Source of the DNA: Trichoplax adhaerens
Taxonomy: Eukaryota > Animalia > Placozoa
Assembly: GCF_000150275.1 (NCBI RefSeq)
Contig: NW_002060954.1
Location: forward strand, 1,878,821-1,942,820
Direction: 5' to 3'
Length of the DNA: 64,000 bases
The position numbers were made by a program, and so were the translations under genes. The notes under the pieces were generated by a model. It was given only the letters and a program-made list of their open reading frames with translations, had not been told where the DNA came from and ran no database searches. Positions 55,001 to 64,000 of this stretch are shown in pieces (position 1 is the stretch's first letter; each line of letters begins with the position of its first letter).

Positions 55001-58000
55001 TAATATTCAGGTTGTTAAAGGTACAACAATAAGTATTCTTTCTGCCTAAATATAAAATTGGAATGTTAAGTTCTATTCCTAGGCTGCTATTCATGGTGAA
55101 AGTATGATATTTGTGATATCCAGACGGAATAATAGCATGAAAATAATACTTTTTAAAAGCTAGATTAGACTGGACCCTACATTTTTAAATTGGATAGAAG
55201 ATACTGCACTCATTATATAAAACAATTATGATTATGTAAAATAACGTAATACTGTGATTATAGACCATTAACCATATTTAGTACGATGTAGGGTAGTGTC
55301 GTTTCTATATTTATCTTATTATATATTTAGTAGCCCATAATTATAGACTGCGATGGTAAACTCTATGCTAAAAAACAGGCGACTATATACAGTAGAATAT
55401 TGAGCTATTAATAAGGTTAGATGTAAAAATAGAAATGTAAATCATATATTAGGATATGTTTCATTGTACTTTGAGTAGTAGGAATAATGTCTACGCAAAT
55501 ACTATCGTTTCCATATTGGATTAATGATGGCCCACTGTAAAAATAGTGTTACAAATAATAATTTGATAATGTGTAAAATGAGGTAAAATGTTGCTATGCT
55601 GATTGTAGCTGCGAAGTTTACGGAGAGCATAAAAGCAGGCGACAGTAGATTATCTGATTGTTCTTTCTGGAAGTTTTTCAGTAGTTCTATTCGGCTAGAG
55701 TAAAGCTGTGTGTAGCTAATCTTTTTATTAGATCTAATAAAGTTCTAATTTTCTACAAATATTGAATTTTCATGATCGGATTTTATCATAGATTATAATA
55801 TTTCAGGATATGAAAATAATTAAATCAGAGATTAACCCATCAAACTCTATTAAAATCGAACTGTTTAATCGATTTTCTACTTGAAAAATGGTTATGCATT
55901 TTGACTAATAAGAGATAATAGTACAGTAGGTGAAATTCGATAAGATGCTGTGTTATAAAGTATTAAGTTAAGACTGCAGCTGCCAAAGTTTATAATAATA
56001 TTGCTCTATCGAAGCTATCAGTAGGATAGTATCAATGATTAAAAACATAGTTCATAATACGAATTCTAAGTTTATCAATTAAACTTAAAGCAAATCTCTG
56101 TCAAATAGTGTTAATGAAAACAAGTGATCATAAATATGAACTATTAGTATATGATCATCGCTGTAAAAAATTGCAATTTATAACTAAATTTAATCTGAAT
56201 TATTGAAGAGTAATTCATAAATAATTGTGTTTACGATTTACTGCAGATCGAGAATAAATAAGAATGGAGATTGCAATCAGCTATGATCTAATCACTACTT
56301 TCTTTGATGTGGTTCATAATTATCATTCATTGATCTATACTACTGTAGTTTCCATACTCCAGTTTGACTTAGCATAACTAATATCGCTCATTGGTGTAGC
56401 TTTCGTTATAGCATATGATACTATGCACCTCACTGTGGATATATAGCCATAAACCTCGTCTAAAGAATTTGCTATGATACGGTGGTTCATAGATTGCATC
56501 AAGTTTGGAGCTAGAGCTAGATGTAAATCATAATACAATATCGTACCTGATAGTGATGATAATAAATTTTCTTTCGTATTATATAAGCTAGGATCGGAGA
56601 CGGAAAGGTTAGAAGAAAGCAACGGCGAATTATTAGCAATCGTAGGGGTATCAATAGTGATGCTAGAACTGCTCTGCATCGACGAATTCGACGATAACTG
56701 CTGATGAAGAGTGGCGTTCCCTTCGTCTTTTACGTCCGTTACTGTAACAGTGGCATCGTTTATGATGATATCATCTAGCAAAATGGATAATAACATAAGT
56801 CCAATAGTACTTGAAGTACTTAGTAAAATGAGGGCAGAACTTAATCTTACCTATTATTAATACCATCAAGGAATACTCGTTTATGCTTGAGCTAATGTGT
56901 GATTGTAGAGTAACATAAGCTGTCAGCGGTAGATGATTAGTTGCAGTTGATAGCTGAATAACCTCAGAATTACTATTAATCCATGAGCTAGATATTACCA
57001 ATTGATTGTAGGCATCAGAGCCCTTTTCAGCGATTATAACTGTAGGTGTTGCTGAAGTGATGCTCAAGGCACTATTGATTACAAAATTCGATGATAAAAT
57101 GGACGGTCTTAATGAATCTTCAAACGTGGTAGAATTAATGTTAAGGCCTGAAGTAGTAGAAGGAAGCTGCTGCGATCCCACAGCTGTCGTTGCCATTATA
57201 ACATTATCAAAACTACTGTTGGTCAATAAGCTGGATAATAAATTCTGGCTATCCAAAACAAAAGTCTCTTTATCGACAATGGAAGTAGACAGATCTTCAT
57301 GCATGCTTAAACTTAAGAAAGAATCAGTAGTAGTAGATGCTAGCAGCGATAGTTCACTAGTTGTTAATAGTGCGTTGTTACTAGAACTACTAGAGGATGA
57401 GGCCTGTTCATTACTGCTAGTAAAACGTTCACTGTCGCTCATCGCCGTATTTACTGTTAAAGCGACTCTGAGATTATGATCAAGAATGAAGACAGATGAT
57501 GAAACCGATGATATTAATGGATTCTCATCCGCACTTGAGCTGATGTAAACTTTAGAATCAGTAGAAGTCAATGACTCTATAGCCAAAGTGAATGATGAAG
57601 CCGATGATATCAGTGGATTCTTATCCGTACTTGCGCTGATGTTAACATTAAAATCAGGAGAAGGCGATGATAATATCACTGCATCCTCATACAAACTAGA
57701 GATAATGTTATTATTAGAATCAGTAGAAATCGATGATTCTAATTTATTGACAGTAGATGCTAAAATGATAGTTTTACTAGATAAAGTAATTGATAGTGAT
57801 AAAGAAGCTATCTCGCTGGTTTCTATGTTGACTTGCGAAGTAGTCAAAGTTAAAGCATATACTTCCGTAGCAGAAGCATCTTTGCTTTTTACGCTTGTGC
57901 TAGTGACGGGCAGAGGAGATGAAAAAATGTTGGTATTACTGGATAAAGTAATTGATGGCGATGAAGAATCTATCTTGCTGGTTCCAACGTCAACTTGTGA

Positions 58001-59804
58001 AATAATCGAATATAAAGGATTTAATTCCGTAGTAGGAGGATCAGTGCTTTCTACACTTATGCTAACAACGGGTATAGAAGATAAAGAAACTTCCTCTGCT
58101 GACTTCTGACATATGTACCTGTGCAGATAGCTACAATTTTTATTTCGCCAATAAGAATGAAATCGATTGACTTTAATAATAAATACACATCTATCTGGTC
58201 CTTCCACTGGATTGCTGTTAGCCCAAAACTGCGGGCCATGTATCACACTCTGACCAGTAGCCAACCACCGATAATCCCAGCTTAAGTTATCTCCATATCG
58301 CTTTTCTAATCCAATCCAGTAAGGTTTATGTTTTAGGAGTAAGTTATACAAGGCGTTATGGATTATAACAGAATCATCAACGGCTAAATCGCCAGACAGT
58401 TGTTGACAAGAACTACGGGCAATACCGTAGGTTGTCCTTATCTCAAATGATTTAAAACAACGATTACTTATTTTTGTCCATCCAGGCGTACATACCTCTA
58501 TTAGTTAAATTGAAAATTGACCATTAGCTAAAAAATCTACTACGCTCAAGCGCATTTATGTTCATTGCTATAGATCTATTGGACTGAAATAGTTCTCGAT
58601 ATAAATCTAAGGTATCTAAGATGACAATAACGCTAAGTTCCATCTTAGGAGTATAACACTTGTAAACAGCCTTTTACGTTGGAGTCTTCGCCTACTGTTT
58701 ATCTTTAAGATTGAATGTAAGTAGTTACTTAGTTTGATATCTGTTTTTGACTTCAAGTAATCTCATAAATAAACGGTATGGCTCAATTTGCGAACCGAAA
58801 AACTAGGCTATATACGGAGATACGCTGCTTTCGATCATGAACTGTAACTATGTATTGGGGATTCAGAATACGGTCCTACAATATGTACAATGGTCTCCTA
58901 AATTTAAATATGACAATCATCATCTACCATGACTACAAGTAATTCAACGGAATCTAAATTTAGGTTTAACTGCTATCGATTTAAACATGCTTTTAAGTAT
59001 TACTTAAATTGGGTCTTCTTACGTAGCAGAATGTAATGTATAATTGTTTCGTTCTTTAACATACCGGTAATCCAGCCCTAAAGTAGATTACTCTCGAATA
59101 TAAACGGTCATTAGCATTGATTTGATAGTAAATGCTATTTCATGATCAGAATCACGGAAATGTTAATAAATATCAATCACTATTGACATTTATTTTAATT
59201 AGTATGAGTAAAAGCTGATTTTTATAGCCACCCTAAGACCGCGCACGGTCATCAACTTGTTTCATTAATATTTATAATGATTATCGTTATCTCCTTAATT
59301 AGATTAATAGCTATTACTACACTGAGATAATTAGAAATCATACATAATCAAACTGATTATATTTTTCAGAATATTTGATATAGTATTTCAAATATTTTAA
59401 CATTTCTTAAGAATAATATTACTAACCTTGACCATTCGTAGTGGTTGAATTTAAAATAGTTAATGTTAGACACAGAATCTGAAATGAATAAAAAAGTCAT
59501 CATGAATTTCTCTCATAGAAAAAATTCTATCAATTATAATTGTTAATTATGCTATTACAGTCTACATACTCAATATCATTAATAGATTTGAAAATCGGAT
59601 AGCATGGATGTTAAGGAACTGATTTAAAACTAATCACAGTAATCAAATTCAAGTTAAAGTAAACTAATCGGTAGAAAATTGTGCAATTTTAAGATAAAGG
59701 GAATATTTTACTTCGTTGATCATCAAGTTTTTGTTGGTTAAGATTGCGTAAAATTAGTTGAAAAAAGTTAATATAATTATTACCGTCAAAGTATCAATTG
59801 TCAT
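49063..59804 (-). CDS. Adhesion GPCR: signal peptide, C-type lectin domain, long Ser/Thr-rich mucin-like stalk, GAIN/GPS, secretin-family 7TM
   Basis: Putative signal exons 59784-59804 and 59427-59478 (MTIDTLTILCLTLTILNSTTTNGQ). Large exon 56851-58497 with a CTLD (CTPGW...CFK...SCQQLSGDLA...YWIGL...C...W...C...YICQK) and S/T stalk. GAIN exons at about 52.9-54.6 kb. GPS CAYW...WSEYG...HCATSHFTSFAVIM at 52460-52853. TM exons: ITYAGYSASL (~52.2-52.3 kb), HFIHLNLAVA (~51.7 kb), LHFFYLASLTWMMMEA (~51.2 kb), CWI...WFFVGP (~50.75 kb), LFGVSWLFG...LFTVLNCPQGLLIFYFHC (~49.8-50.1 kb). The first exon, stalk exons at 54.8-56.5 kb and the final exon/stop are uncertain. Confidence 0.9.
57496..58001 (-). 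repeat. Internal duplications within the adhesion GPCR stalk exon
   Basis: 57496-57550 resembles 57594-57646 (ISSSADENPLISSVSS vs ISASTDKNPLISSASS). 57774-57839 resembles 57936-58001 (SQVNIETSEIASLSLSITLSS vs SQVDVGTSKIDSSSPSITLSS). Confidence 0.8.
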
Positions 59805-60927
59805 TATTTCATCTATGAACATCTATGATTTCATTAAGGCTCTATTTAGATAAAATTTATTTACTGTTTTTGCTATTTTGCATTCTACTGTAAAATAATG
59901 TTTGTCAGCATGTAGGTAACAGTAGTCACATCAAAATATCACTAAACGAATAAAAACTGAGAATTATGTAAAGACATAACGGCTAAACACATAATATACA
60001 AAACTAAATTCCTTGTCAGACTTCAAAGTTAAAAATATTATCCAATTGGAAAATACTTTTTAATTAGAATACTAATTATCAATCTAAGTACTATTACGAC
60101 AGGTATAAAATCAATATGTATAAAATATTTATATACACGTTATAGATTCTTTGTGTGGAAAATATCTGAATAGAACTCAATTATACAAGTACAGATTATT
60201 GTATTTTTGATAAAATGTATCAAAATTTAGGAAAGACTAAATTGATGTGATTTCCATAGATCAGTCTATGTCTACGATGTATTCTACTTCATTTCCAACA
60301 TTCTAATGAGTTATCGCCATCAATAACAACCGAGGATATTATCAAAATTAGCAGCCATTACATATGTGGTTTACTTGCATATGAGTTTAACATATACACA
60401 CTCGTGTACATATTATACACACTTTCAATAAAAGCGGTCCAAGTTGATGTAAGAGTAAATGGATATTTAAATATTATTCTGATTATTTCTGCAGTATATG
60501 GTGTAAACTGCTTGATATGAGTTACCGAAAATAGCATCCATCAATAATGACCTAACATAGTAGCATAAGCATGCAGAACAATAATCTATCAACGCGCACA
60601 CTTTGTGACATTAAATTATATCAGAGCAAAAGAAATAGATAGAAACAAATAATATTATATTAGCATTCGCGATCAGTCTATCCTTTCCCAAGCTTTAAAA
60701 AAAGATACAATATCATATGAAGCAATATAACTATAATTACCAAAATAATTTTAGCCAGGTCCATCAGCCAGAGTAGAAATGGAATTGTTACGATAGCAGA
60801 TGCGTATGTTAAGACAGCAACGATATACACTTATCAGAATAACACATGAACTCACTCAGAGCTAAATAAAATTTATAATGTTCTAAAGTAATTAGTGATG
60901 TTACTTTTATTTCAATTACTAATTGTT

Positions 60928-60977
60928 NNNNNNNNNNNNNNNNNNNNNNNNNNNNNNNNNNNNNNNNNNNNNNNNNN
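60928..60977. other. Assembly gap (50 N)
   Basis: Run of n characters. Confidence 1.
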
Positions 60978-63900
60978 TGAATTAATATTTATCTTAAATA
61001 CGGAAATTGACCAAGTCTATGCACAATATATTAAAACACAATAAATGTCTGGAAAATTACATAACATAGCTCTCCAAGAAATGCTAGTTCATGTCTTTAT
61101 AGAAGCTGAGAGAACTATTATGAAGGAAATAAATGTTCGTGTTATGCGTTAATGTTATAAACTAAGATTATTATGTAAATTATCACCTGCGTCAAAATAA
61201 TAATTGGAATTTTTTTTTTAATTGTCTTGATATATTTGATACAATGTAGATAAACAGTAATTATTAACGTATTGTATATTGTTACTATTAGTTTTCACAA
61301 AATTACTTTTTCCTCTGTATATTTACTACCTTACTATCGATCTTTCATATCAACTGATGTGCCCTCTGCTGTACATATTGTAGATTTAAATTTTGTGATA
61401 GCGCATAATTTTAATGAAATAAAATCAAATGTATTTCTCATTATAAGTCTTTATCGTTTTTGGTGTGTTCTAAAGTACCAGTATACACTGCTAGTAAGGA
61501 TAAATGAACATCTGATGATATGATCCGTTTAGTCTCTATAAGAAGATACTATGCGGTTCTGTTTCTCTCTATTAGAAAAGCCGGTAAGAATAATCTCATT
61601 ATACGTTAAACCTACTGCAAAAATGGAAATTATACGTCAGAACACCACAGAATAGTAACGCAGTTGATATCCAACATATTTAATGAGCAAAAATTAAGAC
61701 TGAATTTAGAACCAAATTCGTAAGTGATTACAATATATAGCATCAATTACATCAATTAGAATATAGAGCTAACAATAGTAGATGAGAAAGAAAAGCTACG
61801 ATGAACAGTAGAACAATTACAGTTAATCAGATCAAGTTTGAATGTAATCATTATATGGAAACTTTTGCATAACATAACACGATAGCAATTTCTGTACCCA
61901 TTATCGATTCAATATTCTAATGACCATTTTAAAGCGAAACAATTTGGTAATCCTACTGGTGAATTCAACTATCTAGCTTTCCAGTGCGATTTCTGATTCA
62001 ATGCAGTAGGATTTCAGTATTTAAGGTAACAAGTAGATCCAATTTTAGAGGTCATATTACTATTTAATTAACCAATTAATCAAGATAACAACATCAAGAA
62101 CATAGACAGATCATGATAAGCATGTTAATTTTGGTCAGTAAAAATTGCTATTCGTTTAATCGACACAATATTATTTAATATTCTGCAGTTCTTTGTGTCT
62201 GTTTAATGTCGGTTTGTTTATTGTCTAATAATTCACTAGCGAAGTGATTATTAGTCGTCAGACATAGTATGAATTGATTTTACTACTGGATTAACTTTGA
62301 TTTAAATTAAATTTATACATAGGTTAATTAACCGATATTCCATAGATAGTTATAATCGTATGATGTAAACCAACCAACAAATAATCATCATTTGACTAGT
62401 TTTAACTGATGTAAGCGGACTGTTTTGCGATCTCAATTACTGTAGGATTGTATAATTTCAGTCTATAATTTATGCGATAGAATATATATGATACCATTTT
62501 TAAAATAAAATTGCTTTGTAAATGCTTCCTGTGACCTTACCGTATATATGCGAATTTTACTCACTATACAATCCATCTTGGTTAATTAATTAACAAAAGA
62601 TTGATGACATGTGTGCACACAGTCTCACTGTATTTAAATAAGAAACAATGAAAAAATATGACTAATGAGCCAATTTAGCATATCAAATATTCAATTCCGA
62701 ATATAGATTTATAAACACTATCTAGATTCTCAATGAGTTGAACTAGCAGAAATGGATATAATTAGCAGTTAGTAAGAGTATAGGATTATATAATACTGTG
62801 TAAAACATATCGAGTATCAAAACAGTGCAGCAACTATCTACTGATTTCGCGAATATCTCCTTGAAAACCGCTAACGATTCCATATAACTGTTAAAATTTG
62901 TAGTCCCCACAGAGGATATGGTAATCATTTCACTTCTTGTATGAAGAAAATTTTTTGAATAAAATTGTCTAAGCGGAAATTGATAATACTGTACATATTT
63001 CAAAATATTTCTTAACGCTAATCTACGCTTCAATTTAACTCTCGGGATCATTTGTAACCTATGACATGTGGTATGTTATAGTAGAGATTTTGACTTTTCT
63101 ACATATTGATAATTCATGCTTATTAGGTTCTAATATAATAATATAATTTTCATCTGTAACAATTTCAATTAGCATTGCGAAGTAAATGGTTCAATTCTTT
63201 ATACTTATGCGTATGCCTACTCATACCTCTTGTACCGCAAATAAGCAAAGCCACTACATGTTATAAAATACACTTTCTAGCAATAGACAATAGTTATTTA
63301 GAAAATAACGTTGAAATTGAAGTTTACTGTTCAGGATTAAAGCCTTATAATGGTCCCAAGTTGTTATTACGTCTTCAAGTAACATGAAAATAACATTAGT
63401 TAATGATGATAATATGCACTTCTTTCATAGTTGGCTGACGTAATTGATTAATCGTAAGTCGAAGCTAAGGTAGAACCACTATTTTGGAGATGAATAAGTT
63501 ATTTAAAGTAATGATAGACGTATTTTAAGAAAAATGTTGACAAATCAGCCATAATTATCAGGGTAACGGGGTAAGTATCAAATAAACGCTGATAGTATGT
63601 AGAAAGCATTATGCAACTAATTCATATAGTCCTAGAAAACTTCAACATATGCTATACAATTGATCTTACGGTACTAACCAAATAGCTGCTCTAACAAACT
63701 CGTTTGATGAATGCAGTTCTGATCCATGCTTTAGTTTGGATTGAGAAAGGAAAAATATGATTTAATAAATTATTTGCAAGGGTCACTCATAAATTATGAA
63801 GTCACCAAATATTCGAGGTATTTATTGACGAATATTATAAAGCAGTAATTGATGCCACTATAAAGCTATTATTTTAAAGCATTAATAAACTATTCTCAAT

Positions 63901-64000
63901 GGAATGAGTATAACTAATTGAGATTATGTGGTATCTTTTTAAATTGATCGTATCTTGTGGAATATCTCCATTGTCGTACAGCAAATTCTCCAAAGAAGCT

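Noticed and set aside
56771-56850. Apparent frameshift or pseudogenisation between ORFs 56771-58351 and 56335-56796
   Set aside because: Explained by a phase-1 GT-AG intron at 56775-56850.
57057-58109. Long + strand ORFs (140 and 173 aa) opposite the mucin stalk
   Set aside because: Antisense shadows of a low-complexity Ser/Thr-rich coding exon.
62743-64000. ORFs at the right edge, including an ILCGDY string reminiscent of a LINE endonuclease and a possible terminal exon at the window end
   Set aside because: Short, interrupted and without supporting motifs; cannot be supported from this window alone.

Overview
AT-rich, intron-rich animal genomic DNA with compact GT-AG introns. The style is consistent with a placozoan such as Trichoplax, but the species is an inference. 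By reading splice sites I reconstructed ten protein-coding genes: the 5' half of an axonemal dynein heavy chain (DNAH5/8 type, -, 23 exons in window), an intronless membrane-anchored P-loop NTPase of unknown function (+), NDRG (-), EMC8/9 (+), an intronless cytochrome b5 (-), a Nodulin-like/Mch1-type MFS transporter (-), a ZDHHC3/7 palmitoyltransferase (+), TMEM42 (-), Rab2 (+), and a C-type-lectin/mucin-stalk/GAIN adhesion GPCR (-). Most genes sit in head-to-head pairs. The most striking unexplained signal is a set of dense 5-bp-periodic TA(CWG-TA)n arrays (TACAGTA/TACTGTA in mixed orientation). They fill the upstream regions of the housekeeping-type genes but are not seen as arrays upstream of the dynein or the adhesion GPCR. 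The unit is identical to the canonical Tc1/mariner (Sleeping Beauty-type) excision footprint, so the arrays may be stacked transposon scars recording open chromatin and/or a lineage-specific promoter mark. Also present: a 163-bp hAT MITE with an 8-bp TSD, other foldback relics, an atypical two-cysteine GPS motif, a gene set that appears linked in human too, and two 50-N gaps. No rRNA, tRNA or CRISPR was recognised.
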